From NCBI GenBank assembly GCA_965208325.1, contig OZ242326.1, forward strand, positions 2,144,001-2,208,000: a stretch of DNA of 64,000 bases, read 5' to 3'. Numbering within the stretch: the first letter of the stretch is position 1; each line of letters starts with the position of its first letter. Both the position numbers and the translations under genes were made by a program. Below are positions 50,112-61,045 of the stretch, piece after piece. The stretch comes from Candidatus Poribacteria bacterium. GTDB taxonomy: Bacteria > Poribacteria > WGA-4E > PCPOR2b. A model generated the notes under the pieces. It was not told the DNA's origin, searched no databases, and worked only from the letters and a program-made list of their open reading frames with translations.

Positions 50112-52883
50112 ATGGCGCTCAGCGAGATTGAATTAATTCAACGCACACTGGATGGCGACGAGTCCGCGTTCGGTTTTTTAGTCGATAAATACAAAGCAGC
50201 CGTCCACGCGCTGGCTTACCGCAAACTTGGGGATTTCCATCATGCTGAGGAGATTACCCAAGATACCTTCCTCAAAGCGTATCAAAAACTATCGACACTC
50301 CGCGACCCGCGTCGGTTTTCCGGCTGGCTCTACGTGATTGCCGCCCGGCTCTGTTTGTCATGGCAACGAAAAGAAAGACCCTATACACACGCTATCGACA
50401 ACCGTGAGACAGCAGAGATGAATTCAATGGCTGTGGCGAAATACACCGACCAAAGAATTCGTGAAGATGTACGCGATACGCTTGAAAACCTGCCCGAAAG
50501 CGAGCGAACAGTGTTGGCGCTCCACTATTTTGCGGGCATGACCTGCGAAGAAATCGGGCGTTTCATGGGGACATCGCAAAGCGCCATTCTTAATCGGCTT
50601 TATCGCGCCCGACGTCATTTAAAAGAGGAGATGATACAAATGATACGGCAGACGTCTGGAGCTTTTCATCTGCCACACACTGTGACGCAAAAAATCATAG
50701 GCAAAATCCGCAAACTTCAACCGACGCCGTCGCCGCAGAGTAAACCTATTGTTCCATGGATTGCCGTCGCGGCGCTCAGCTTAATTGCCCTGTTCGTCGG
50801 GCTCGCACCACGACAGATGACGCATTTTCAGCGTCCATATAGCCTTAACGCGCCAGAATCAGCGACGCTGGTTGAAGTGATCGATGCGCCGATAATTGAC
50901 CTGCCCGTGACCAAACCGGCACTTGTGAATCGACTGGGTACACCGAATGCGGAAAACTCCCGCGACGGCAACGGCGCATCCGATAACGTTTTGGCGGCTG
51001 TAAAGGATTCCCAGGATGGCGAATGGATGCGGCTCGGCTGGACGCAAACCAATGGTCCATACGGGGGTGAGATTCGCGCATTCCATGCCACGCCGGAAGG
51101 CGTAATCTTCACCGGAACGTCGGGGGCAGGTATTTTCCGCTCAACCGATGGCGGCGATACTTGGTCGCCGGTCAATACCGGGTTGTCATACCACAGGGGA
51201 GAGGGTTTTATGCCTGTCAATGCATTTGTGCAAAAAGGATACTCGCTCTACGCATGCGCGAGTGACGGTCTATACGTCTCAACCAACGGCGGTGATTCAT
51301 GGCGCCGAATGACACATGATCGGCGGGTTTCTAATGCCGCTGGCGTGCTCATTATCAACAATCGCCTCTACATTAGCACATTTGGTGAGGGTGTGTGGTA
51401 CACGGATGATAATGGGAATTCGTGGATACCGATTAACGATGGATTGGAAAACCTGGAAATTCGTGAACTTGCCGCGATGGGGACCACCCTATTCGCTGGC
51501 ACGGAGAACGGGGCTTTCCGCAGACGAGCAAGCGAAAACTCGTGGACACCAATCAACGCAGGCTTTACGGTGCAACCGATGAATATTGATGCCATCAACA
51601 AAATCAACAAAGCGATGATTGAGTCGGGAGCGGATCCGTTGCCTATGAGCCAGTTCGCTTCGGGATTGCGGGTAGATTCGTTGGCTGTCATGGGGGATGC
51701 ACTCTACATGGGGATATTTATGGGCAAAGACAAAGGGCTGTTTCGTTCCGATGACGAGGGAGACTCCTGGACACGAATCACCGCAGAGTCGATGGTACAT
51801 ACCGTCGAAGCGTTGGCGTCGTCGGCAACGATGTTGTATTCGAGTACCTTTGGTAGCGGTGTTTTCCGTTCAAGCGATGGCGGCAATTCTTGGACAGAAG
51901 TCAACGACGGCTTAACAAACCAAACGGTCTCTGCGTTGTTAGCCGTGAGTGAGAAAACTGTTTTCGTCGGAACGGATAGTGGCGTTTTCCGCTCTACGGA
52001 TAGCGGAGATTCTTGGATAGAAGCCAACGCCGGCTTGACGAATACGTGGGTAGACAATCTCGCAGTCATTGGAGAGTCCATTTACGCCGGGTTCGGTGAT
52101 CGACTTGGTCATTCAGTTGTCGGCGGAAAGTTATGGACGCCCGTGAAGAATGGCGCGACACCGGCACAATACCATTTTTCCGCACTATCGGTTTAGGGCC
52201 GAATACTTTATGCCGCTGCGACTCGCTTCGCCGTTACCGTCGAAGGTGGCATTATTCAGTTGGATGTAGAGCGAAACTCGTTGATAGAACTCTACGTGGA
52301 CAGAAGATTGTCTACAATCGAGTCCTTGGAAATTGTCGGTACGAAATTCTATGTCGGAACCCAGGGTGATGGTGTTTTTCGTTGGGTGAAAGACTTGGAT
52401 TCATGGACAAATCTCGGATTGGAGGGACATGCCATCGCGGCGTTGTCGGTGAATGGAAAAACCATCTACGTTGGAACTGGGCAGGGAGAGATTTTTCGCT
52501 TGAAAGACACGGAAGAATCGTGGGAATTAATCAATGAAGACATGAGGAGTGATGGTAGTATAACAGAGCTAAAGTGGATTGGAACGACACTCTACGCCTC
52601 CACTTGGGATGTGGGCGTCTTCCGTTCCATTGACGACGGCGATTCGTGGATACCAGTTAATGATGGGTTAGTTGACACACCGGTTATGACATTATGTACT
52701 GACGGATCAACAATTTTCGCAGGAACATATTACAACGGTGTTTTTCGGCTAACGCCTGAAAAAAATCTGTGGGAGCCGGTCGGTTCGCTCGCCCACCGGG
52801 TTGATTCGTTGGCGGTCGTTGATGGAGTGCTTTACGCAGGCACAACGGGAAGAGGCGTGTTCCGCACCCCGCTTGAGAAGTAG
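50112..52883 (+). pseudogene. ECF sigma-70 factor + TM + extracytoplasmic BNR/beta-propeller repeats, interrupted by in-frame TAG (52194-52196)
   Basis: sigma2 (AEEITQDTF, FSGWLY) and sigma4 regions, TM helix, repeated FRSxDGGxSW; ORFs 50112 and 52260 share a frame with only one stop between them. Confidence 0.8.
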
Positions 52884-52888
52884 CTTTT

Positions 52889-53121
52889 GTTGGTTGGGTT
52901 AAGCGTTCAACTGAACGAATAGATTAAGCGACCGAATAGGGAGTGCGATAGAACTCTTAGGCGATAGTCTTCCCCGCACACCACCACCGATAAATTGAAC
53001 ACATCACAATTAACGAAAAACGTTGGGTTACGCTGCATCCGTCAAATCTAGGAAGCGGCTAACCTGCCGAGCGTTTCGTTACAATTGACATCATTTCCGT
53101 AATCCGCTTAACCCAACCTAC
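52889..53121. mobile_element. REP/MITE-like element (GGTTGGGTTAAGCG TIRs) carrying nested 36-bp inserts
   Basis: GTTGGTTGGGTTAAGCG ... CGCTTAACCCAACCTAC. Confidence 0.7.
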
Positions 53122-53374
53122 AAAATCTTCGCAAGAATTCACCCCTGCAAATGCTCTCAATTATGTTCAATCGCGCACCAGATCTGTAGCCATTTTTGCA
53201 GCCCCTCCCATTGTATTCGTCCCAAGCAAAAAATCACCCACCATTTCAGGGCAAATACCCCTTGAAATATGTTAAAATATTATTCACAGATATCTTGGCG
53301 AAACGACTAAATCGCAGAGGCTTTCAAGCGAACACAGTCCTAGCCGAAATTTAATGGTAGTGAAATGTTGCGGT

Positions 53375-53505
53375 AATTTTTAGAGGTGGCGGTGTAAATT
53401 GTCTGAATCAGGATGCTCAGGATAGAGGGATTTTCAAGATAATAAATGCAAACGCATAGAATCAATCCAGTAAACCCTAAAATCCCGTAAATCCCGATTC
53501 TGGCA
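53375..53505. repeat. Short element with inverted 9-bp-period arrays
   Basis: TTGTCTGAATCAGGATGCTCAGGAT ... AATCCCGTAAATCCCGATTCTGGCAA. Confidence 0.65.
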
Positions 53506-53998
53506 AAAAGTGTAACATTTTGTGAGATCCGGTTGACGGTTGGGAAACTCACAGGCAAAACCACATTTTGACAACTTTCGAATGACGTGAGCACAATATG
53601 AACAACGGAGAAAACTTAAAATCATCTCCATTTGCACGTCCCATATTGAAATTCACCAAAGAACACGAATGGACGCCTAAACTCTACGTAACAGGAGCAA
53701 GACAAGAAATCGCTGCCGTTCAAGTCAACCTACATTAATTCGGGCCGGGAAACGAAAAAAAGGGGGCGACGGGAATTACTTTCAGCGCCACCGAAAAGTT
53801 TCAGTTCGTAACGTTTTGTTTAGGAATGGCGTGATTAGGTGAGTCACAAAAAATTGTCGAATCGCAACATCACCACATATGGGTGCATTTTAACATGTCG
53901 TCGCACTACCGTCAAGGCAAAACGGTGGATCAATTTTTGTCTTCCGCTGAAATTTTGGCTCTAATTTGAACATTGAAAACGCTAAAATGGAGAGATAT

Positions 53999-56131
53999 AT
54001 GGACCAACTTGACCAATCCCAAAGATCGTTCTGCGAAGCCCCTTCAACAAACATCAGGTTACTTGCACCGGCCGGATGCGGGAAGACGCATAGCTTGCTA
54101 TTTCGTTGTCAACACCTCGTCGAACATGCCAAATCAAGAAGTGTGCGCTTCCTCCTTGTAACATTTACTCGTGCCGCTATGCAAGAATTAAGTAATCGTC
54201 TTGATGAAGACAATCGGTTCGCGCAATTTCAAGATTCCATTGAAATCACGACGCTGAACGCTTGGGGATATCGCCGAATTAGGAATGCCGTTCGCTACCC
54301 CAAGCTCCTCAATCCAGAAAGAGACTATCATTTCGCAACGCAAAATCAACTTCGACCGGTCTGGCAAAATCATGACCCTATAAGAAATGCGATTCAGAGC
54401 AGGAACCGACGGACTAGAGTTATCGCTCCACGAAAGTTGATGGACGTGATTGATGGATTTAAGTCCTTAGGATTTGACCACGTCAGACATGCTAATTTTA
54501 GCACATTTTCACAGCATTGGCGCCAACTTGAACTCCATGGATTAGAATGGAGAATAAAAGAGCTGCTTGGTGAAATAATCGATCTTGATATACTTGATAT
54601 TGAAATTGAAATGCGAAACGGTGAGTCTAGCACAGATGCTTTGAGAAGTGAAATCGAATCACTGAAACGTGAAGTCTACGATGTGTTTTACAAATTTTGG
54701 CTAGAAGCGGTGGAAAATTTGCTTGATAGCGCCACGTTTACCCTTGAAGACCAAAAATACTACGCTTACTTGAACGAGCGCGATAACATAGAGCAGGGAC
54801 GCTACCTTTCCGGCGCAGCAGGTTATGACCATGTTTTCGTCGATGAATTCCAAGATATCAACCCGCTTGATCTAGCGCTAGTAAAAGCAATCGTTGAACG
54901 TCGCCGTGCCACATTGACTATCGCAGGAGACGACGACCAAGCAATTTTTGAATGGCGAGGAGCAACGCCATACTACATCCTAGATCCCGACAGATTTTTT
55001 GGCTCTCCGTTTCACACATATACACTTGGCGTAAATTATCGTTCTCCTAAGAACATTGTTGAACATTCCCAACAACTGATTTCTCACAACTTGCGGCGAG
55101 AGCACAAACAAGTTAACGCAGCAAGTTCTCGAAATGCACAGATTGAGATTAGGGAAACTAGTGGCCTCATAGAAGCGCTTGAGTACGTTGATGCGATAGT
55201 TAATGAGGAAATTCAACAAGGTAGAAGCCCCAGTCGCGTAGCAATTTTTGGGCGCAAACGAAGCCAAATCATCCCGTATCAAATGCACTTTGCATCACAG
55301 AAAATGCCCTTTTGCGCCGCTGAAGATTTGCAAATCTTCTTGAGCGATGCGTTTGATAGCCTTCTTCAACTTTTGGATATTAAACCTCGCTCCGAAGTGG
55401 CACAGAGATCCGGGCAGGTTATAGATGACCTGTTGTTTTTGTGCGACCGCGTGAAACGATACCATATCAGTAACGCAGAAAAACAAGCTTTGAAAAGTCA
55501 TCTTCAACAATCTCGACCATCCTCCATCATTGCTGCAACAAATTGTTTGGCTGAATACAGGGGGCGATTGAAAGGGGAAAATCGCGAAGGTCGCATGAGC
55601 ATCACTATGGCAAATTGTGTACGGGAGTTTATTGGAGCAAACACCGTATCAGATGCATTGATTGAACTAAGCGTCAACTTTGAGGGACTACAACGTGATT
55701 TTGGTAAGGCTGAAGATGATATTTTTTACGCAGACCCTCCTTTCTTTCAGCTAGCCGAATATGCGTCAAGCTATGCGGATGATTATGATTCCTTTATCAG
55801 CGACATCGAGGAGGCCAGGGCGACGCTTGTTTACATGCCTCCATTTGAAGATGACAACGTAGAAAATCTTTGGCTACACCCCATACACTTGATGACGGCA
55901 TTGCGCGCTAAGGGCAAAGAGTTTAACACAGTTATATTACTTGATGTGAACGATGGGATATGGCCAAATCGAAATGCAGAGACTCCTGCGAAACAAGAGG
56001 CTGAACGACGTGTCTTTTATGTGGCATTCACACGGGCTAGAAAACGTGTTGTAATGTTGGTGAATTCGCGCATGGGGAATCGAGAAGCTGCGCCATCACC
56101 CTATATTGAAGAACTTGGTTTTGAGCGATGA
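53999..56131 (+). CDS. UvrD/Rep-family SF1A helicase
   Basis: APAGCGKT, VTFT, VDEFQD, GDDDQAIFEWRGA, NYRS, AKGKEF, EAERRVFYVAFTRAR. Confidence 0.9.
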   Translation: MDQLDQSQRSFCEAPSTNIRLLAPAGCGKTHSLLFRCQHLVEHAKSRSVRFLLVTFTRAAMQELSNRLDEDNRFAQFQDSIEITTLNAWGYRRIRNAVRYPKLLNPERDYHFATQNQLRPVWQNHDPIRNAIQSRNRRTRVIAPRKLMDVIDGFKSLGFDHVRHANFSTFSQHWRQLELHGLEWRIKELLGEIIDLDILDIEIEMRNGESSTDALRSEIESLKREVYDVFYKFWLEAVENLLDSATFTLEDQKYYAYLNERDNIEQGRYLSGAAGYDHVFVDEFQDINPLDLALVKAIVERRRATLTIAGDDDQAIFEWRGATPYYILDPDRFFGSPFHTYTLGVNYRSPKNIVEHSQQLISHNLRREHKQVNAASSRNAQIEIRETSGLIEALEYVDAIVNEEIQQGRSPSRVAIFGRKRSQIIPYQMHFASQKMPFCAAEDLQIFLSDAFDSLLQLLDIKPRSEVAQRSGQVIDDLLFLCDRVKRYHISNAEKQALKSHLQQSRPSSIIAATNCLAEYRGRLKGENREGRMSITMANCVREFIGANTVSDALIELSVNFEGLQRDFGKAEDDIFYADPPFFQLAEYASSYADDYDSFISDIEEARATLVYMPPFEDDNVENLWLHPIHLMTALRAKGKEFNTVILLDVNDGIWPNRNAETPAKQEAERRVFYVAFTRARKRVVMLVNSRMGNREAAPSPYIEELGFER

Positions 56132-56265
56132 TTTTGGCACCACCCGCCCAATCACCGCCGTTTCGAGAAGGCCTACCTTCTCGCCAAGGAGTTGCAGACT
56201 TTGGGAACCGTTTCTCAACAGATGGGGTTAATTTTACTGTTGAAAATCGCATTGCGAAAGTTTTT

Positions 56266-56646
56266 GTAGGTTGGGTAGAGCGGATATGGCGAAAAATGCG
56301 TAGTATTTCGTACGCGGTACATACGTTAAAATTGCTTAGTAAATGTAACGGTGGAGCGAAACCCAACGTTTTTGAAACGTTTCGATAGCCGAACGGCAGG
56401 CGCTACCGCCAGAACGACTGGAATAATGAAAAACAATGTGAGTGTTTGGAATTCGCAGCGGTGTGATGAATTCGGGATTTATAAGGGTTGACGGAAGTTT
56501 TTAATACGGAAGACTATCGCCTTCGCTATTAGTTCAGTTGATCGTTGTATTTCGCTGTGCGTGTATTGACAGCAGCACCATTAGAAAATCGGAACGGTTA
56601 ATTGCTACCTGAACCGTTTTGGAATTACCCGCTCTACCCAACCCAC
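56266..56646. mobile_element. Second copy of the GTAGGTTGGGTAGAGCG MITE, with a 36-bp insert at 56508-56543
   Basis: Colinear with 49159-49504 from GGAGCGAAACCCAAC to the right TIR, apart from the insert. Confidence 0.75.
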
Positions 56647-56791
56647 GGAAACTGAGAAATTTCGAGCATTGCCGAAGTGTGGAAGATAGATACCGCACTA
56701 GGAGTTTTCGGTCAGTATGGTGCATCCGAACCAGCGCGCTTTTGAGTTTCAAAGTCATCACAGTGTGCTGCTACCTACAAGGAAAACAAAA

Positions 56792-57598
56792 ATGAAAACA
56801 ATGGTTCTGAATTTGGTGTTGTCCATTTTATTCGCGGCGTTTTCTTTTGGAATAGCCGCTGCCGCGGTGGACAATGATGTGGTGCTCGCCATGCCATTTG
56901 AGGAAGGTGTTGGCGAGGACACCAAAGACCTCTCCCCCCACGAAAATCACGGCACGTTCAACGGAACGGTTACTTGGGCGGATGGAAAGTTTGGCAGTGC
57001 GCTTCGGTTCGAGCCGGTTAGCTTTGTTGACGCCGGAAGGGATGAGAGTCTGAGTCTATCCGACACAGACTTTACGATTGCCGCTTGGGTAAACATGGAG
57101 GAAACTGCCGTCCAACAACACGGATTTCTCGGCCAAGATGAAGGGGGCGGATCGAAAAACAAGTGGATTTTTCGATACAACAAAGCCCAAAGTATAAAAT
57201 TGAATTTTGTGGCGTACAACAGCGGACCTGCGCGCGCGGCGCAACTCGATTCGAAGCTGTGGGAACCTAAACCCGCAGCGAATCGGTGGTATCAGGTCGC
57301 CGTCGTGCGAGAGGGCGACGACTATACGTTCTATATTGATGGCAAACCGCATAGCATGGCGTCCGATGACTTGGTGATTCCACCCGTCATTGAAGCGCCG
57401 CTGACGGTCGGATGGGCTGAAGGCCCCATTGCCATGGATGGCATTATCGACGAAGTCCTGATACTCCGGCGGGCTTTCACAGACCTTGAAATTCAAACTC
57501 ACTTCAAAGGCGGTTTGGCGCAAGTCCTCGCCGTTCAATCTCATGGAAAACTCGCCACTACCTGGGCTTCCCTAAAGGGCGCACTAACCTTTCGTTGA
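56792..57598 (+). CDS. Secreted LamG/concanavalin-like domain protein
   Basis: Signal peptide, GKFGSALRF, FTIAAWV, GIIDEV; tail AVQSHGKLATTWASLK. Confidence 0.85.
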   Translation: MKTMVLNLVLSILFAAFSFGIAAAAVDNDVVLAMPFEEGVGEDTKDLSPHENHGTFNGTVTWADGKFGSALRFEPVSFVDAGRDESLSLSDTDFTIAAWVNMEETAVQQHGFLGQDEGGGSKNKWIFRYNKAQSIKLNFVAYNSGPARAAQLDSKLWEPKPAANRWYQVAVVREGDDYTFYIDGKPHSMASDDLVIPPVIEAPLTVGWAEGPIAMDGIIDEVLILRRAFTDLEIQTHFKGGLAQVLAVQSHGKLATTWASLKGALTFR

Positions 57599-57689
57599 AC
57601 CCCCGATACAGATTAGGCATGCTGCCTACAAATTTAAAGCGCGGTCTTAACCGTGTTATGGCGGACGTTAAAAATTCTCAATAGATTTT

Positions 57690-57736
57690 GTAGGTTGGGT
57701 AGAGCGGATATGGTGAATCATGCGTAGTATTTTGTA
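57690..57736 (+). repeat. Truncated left end of the GTAGGTTGGGTAGAGCG element
   Basis: GTAGGTTGGGTAGAGCGGATATGG...ATGCGTAGTATTT matches 56266 onward. Confidence 0.7.
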
Positions 57737-58038
57737 AATTGACGCAGCCGAAATTGACAGAAATGCCAACATATAATACCAGTACATATGTTAACTTCGT
57801 ATTATCAAAATTTCACAGTAACACATTTGCAACAGTGTTCAAAATTCGACCAAACCGTTGTCCTATATGGGTTTATAGGAATTTTCCTGCAACTCGTTTT
57901 TTCAGTTTACTGTGAAAACTGTGAAATTTTGCCGCCAGGTTGCGGCGCACTTCGCAGTAAATTCAAGTCCCCATAGTTGTCAAAATCTTTGTATGATTCA
58001 GGGCGGAAAACATATCGGGTATCAATCTGTAGCGATAC

Positions 58039-58758
58039 CTAATTCAGCTTGGCTTTCAGCCTTCGTAGCGCGATGAAGGCAGCGTCATAATCCGGCATTT
58101 CATACAAGGCGCGTTTGTAGCACGCCATCGCTTTATCCCATTCAAACCGATTTTCCCAGACGCGGCCAAGGTTCATGTGCGGATACGCCCGCGGTTCGTA
58201 TCGGGGTGCGCGTGTCGCCTGCTCCAACCAAGGAATAGCGGCATCGTATTCGCCCTTTTCAATCAAATATGCGCCGATGTCGTTGTATGGGTTGCCGAAA
58301 TCAGGGTCAACCCGAATGGCTTTGCGGCATTCCTCAATCGCATCTTCGCCGCGTCCAATCATGCTATATGTCCAACCGAGATAGGTGTGCGCCTCAGCAG
58401 TCGGATATATTTCAATGGATTTTAGATACAACCCAATCGCATCGGAAAATTCACCCTTTTGTTGATGCTCTAATGCGTCCTGCCAGTAAAACAACGCCTG
58501 TTCCTTTTTATAAGCAATTTCATCGTCGTATATGTTCAGCCTTTCTTCGGCTCGCTTGACCGTGTAGATGCGGTCGTCGTCTTTGTCTACAATTAACCAT
58601 TCGCTATCTTCCGTTTCAATCGATACTTTGACATTTCGAGAGAGAACAATCTTGTTCTTTTTAAATGCTTGGCGCAGTTCGTCCGGGAGCGTACCGCGGT
58701 TCAAATCGGTTTGATACCTCAATTCGACATCGAACAGCAACATCTCATCCGCAGCCAC
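58039..58758 (-). CDS. TPR protein with an extra N-terminal module
   Basis: AEAHTYLGW, DPDFGNPYNDIG, PHMNLGR. Confidence 0.85.
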   Translation of the reverse strand: MAADEMLLFDVELRYQTDLNRGTLPDELRQAFKKNKIVLSRNVKVSIETEDSEWLIVDKDDDRIYTVKRAEERLNIYDDEIAYKKEQALFYWQDALEHQQKGEFSDAIGLYLKSIEIYPTAEAHTYLGWTYSMIGRGEDAIEECRKAIRVDPDFGNPYNDIGAYLIEKGEYDAAIPWLEQATRAPRYEPRAYPHMNLGRVWENRFEWDKAMACYKRALYEMPDYDAAFIALRRLKAKLN

Positions 58759-58950
58759 AATCGGTGCTCCTTTCTAAGCGGTTTGACATCACAGAACCCT
58801 ACAACGAACTTTCTTGTTTCTTCGAGACTCGTCAGTAACGACAAAACTCTACCGTTTATCGCTTCGGCACCAACATCCCCACCCTTATCAAGCAGCCACA
58901 ATCATCCTCCCCCACAACAAGGGGGAGTGAGAGGGGGATTCGTCAGCTCC

Positions 58951-61032
58951 TCACTTCGAGTCCAACTGGCTTTTAAATTCCGCGAGATTCGTGGTAGGCG
59001 ATTTACAGGCGTAATTTTCGCAGACATAGACGGTTGTTTCGCCGTTGATTTGTCGCTTGTATTCAAGGAGTGGGATGAGCGCCTCAGTCTCGTGAGCCTT
59101 CTCATCCGTATCGTCCAACATCGCCATGACCTTGTTCGGGATAAACCGGCTGTGAATGGTATGCAAGACTCTCTTCGCGCCCTCGCTGTTCAGCTTCCCG
59201 GCAATCGCTATTTCCTTGGGGATTGAATGCAGAAAATCGAGTTCGCACAGCAGTTGAGCAGAACCGCTTGGCGCCGATTTCATCTGATGCGAATAGAGAT
59301 TCAATGCCGTTTGCGCGTTTTCCCTCAGATTGGGTTGATTGAGCAACTTCGAAAGCCGAAGTAAACAGTGGATGGCGATCGAGGTGCCGGACGGCGTAGC
59401 GCCATCGTATGCCGATTTGGACCGGACAATCAGCGATTCGTGCCCCTTGCTGGTGTAGAAAAAACCGCCCTTAGCGTCATCCCAGAACTGTTCGATCATC
59501 GTCTCATTGAGTCGTTGGGCGTTTTTGAGCCAGTGAGGATTGAAGGTCGCCTCGTATAAATTGATTAAGCCGGCGATGAAATACGAATAATCTTCGAGAT
59601 AAGCGTTCAGATGGCTTTTACCGGCGCGATGGGTTCGCAGCAGCCCGTTATCCTGTGACAGTTCGGTCAACACAAAATTGGCTGAAGCTTCCGCAGCTTC
59701 AAGAAAGCGGCTATGTCCAAGGATTTGATATCCTGATGCCATACTCCGAACCATCAAACCGTTCCAGCTCGTGAGGATTTTGTCGTCCAGGCCGGGCTTT
59801 ATGCGCTGCTCGCGCACTTCAAACAGCTTCCGCTTCCCTTCGGTGAGAATCGTCTCCAACCCGCCCAAATCCATTCCCAGTTTCTTTGCGAAGATGTCCG
59901 GCGGGGTCTGAACGTGAAGGATGTTCTCGCCTTCAAAATTACCGGGTTCCGTAATATCGTAATATTCACAGAAAATCTTCGCGTGCTCCGCCTCAAGTAA
60001 ATCTTCAACTTCGTCGGGCGTCCAAACGAAAAACTTGCCTTCGACGCCCTCGCTGTCCGCATCTTGCGTCGAGTAAAACCCGCCTGTCGCCGGGTTGTAC
60101 ATCTCTCGCAAGACGTAGTCGAGCGTGTCTTCAGCAATGCTGGCGTAAAACGACTCGCCGGTCGCCTGATATGTTTCCAGATAGATTGCCGTAAGCAGTG
60201 CGTTGTCGTACAGCATCTTCTCAAAGTGTGGGACGAGCCAAGTTTCGTCGGTCGAATAGCGGTGGAATCCCCCGCCAATCTGATCATACATTCCGCCCTG
60301 CGCCATTTTTTGCAGCGTTAGTTCGACCATTTCTAGCGCGTTCTGATTACCGGTGCGGTGCCAGTAACGCAGCAGGAAAGCGAGTCCCATGCTCGGCGGG
60401 AATTTGGGCGCACTTCCAAATCCGCCGTGCCGCGAATCAAACCGCGACCGATAATCTTGATAAGCACGGTCGAATACATCGGTGTTTAGGGGCTGACCGC
60501 CCGCCTGCGTCTCCGATAGTTGATGCAAGCGTTCGGTGATTCGATTTGCTTGTTCAACAATGCTCTCGTGACGTTCGCGGTACGCCTCAATTACACCAAG
60601 CAGCACACGCGGGAAACCGGGGCGTCCGTATCGATCATCAGGGGGGAAGTAGGTGCCGCCGTAAAAGGGTTTCAAATCCGGTGCAAGAAACATGGTCATC
60701 GGCCAACCGCCGGATCCCGTGAGCATCTGGACGGCGTTCATGTAGATTTCATCAAGATCTGGACGTTCCTCGCGGTCCACCTTGATGTTGATAAAATGTT
60801 CGTTCATGATTGAGGCGATTTGCTCGTTCTCAAAGGATTCGTGCTCCATCACGTGGCACCAATGGCATGCAGCATAACCAACGCTCAAGAGTATCGGCTT
60901 GTTCTCACGCCTCGCGAGCACCAATGCCTCTTCTCCCCACGGATACCAATCGACAGGGTTGTGAGCGTGTTGCAGGAGGTACGGGCTCGTCTCGTTAATG
61001 AGCCGATTTGTATGTTTCGGGTTTTCAGACAT
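58951..61032 (-). CDS. Thioredoxin-domain protein, YyaL/SSP411 family
   Basis: [43 protein letters not shown]. Confidence 0.93.
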   Translation of the reverse strand: MSENPKHTNRLINETSPYLLQHAHNPVDWYPWGEEALVLARRENKPILLSVGYAACHWCHVMEHESFENEQIASIMNEHFINIKVDREERPDLDEIYMNAVQMLTGSGGWPMTMFLAPDLKPFYGGTYFPPDDRYGRPGFPRVLLGVIEAYRERHESIVEQANRITERLHQLSETQAGGQPLNTDVFDRAYQDYRSRFDSRHGGFGSAPKFPPSMGLAFLLRYWHRTGNQNALEMVELTLQKMAQGGMYDQIGGGFHRYSTDETWLVPHFEKMLYDNALLTAIYLETYQATGESFYASIAEDTLDYVLREMYNPATGGFYSTQDADSEGVEGKFFVWTPDEVEDLLEAEHAKIFCEYYDITEPGNFEGENILHVQTPPDIFAKKLGMDLGGLETILTEGKRKLFEVREQRIKPGLDDKILTSWNGLMVRSMASGYQILGHSRFLEAAEASANFVLTELSQDNGLLRTHRAGKSHLNAYLEDYSYFIAGLINLYEATFNPHWLKNAQRLNETMIEQFWDDAKGGFFYTSKGHESLIVRSKSAYDGATPSGTSIAIHCLLRLSKLLNQPNLRENAQTALNLYSHQMKSAPSGSAQLLCELDFLHSIPKEIAIAGKLNSEGAKRVLHTIHSRFIPNKVMAMLDDTDEKAHETEALIPLLEYKRQINGETTVYVCENYACKSPTTNLAEFKSQLDSK

Positions 61033-61045
61033 TCATTTCCCTCTC

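Noticed and set aside
8505..52196. Genome-wide TAG recoding or pyrrolysine (three in-frame ambers)
   Set aside because: TAG ends conserved genes at their expected C-termini (2049, 4558, 24612), other pseudogenes here are broken by TAA, TGA or frameshift, and no pyl genes are present
53598..53738. GcvH fragment (LKFTKEHEW)
   Set aside because: Similarity is limited to 9 residues in a 46-codon ORF within repeat-rich DNA; probably chance
9985..56543. 36-bp repeats as a CRISPR array
   Set aside because: The copies are dispersed, diverged and nested, not regularly spaced; only the length is CRISPR-like
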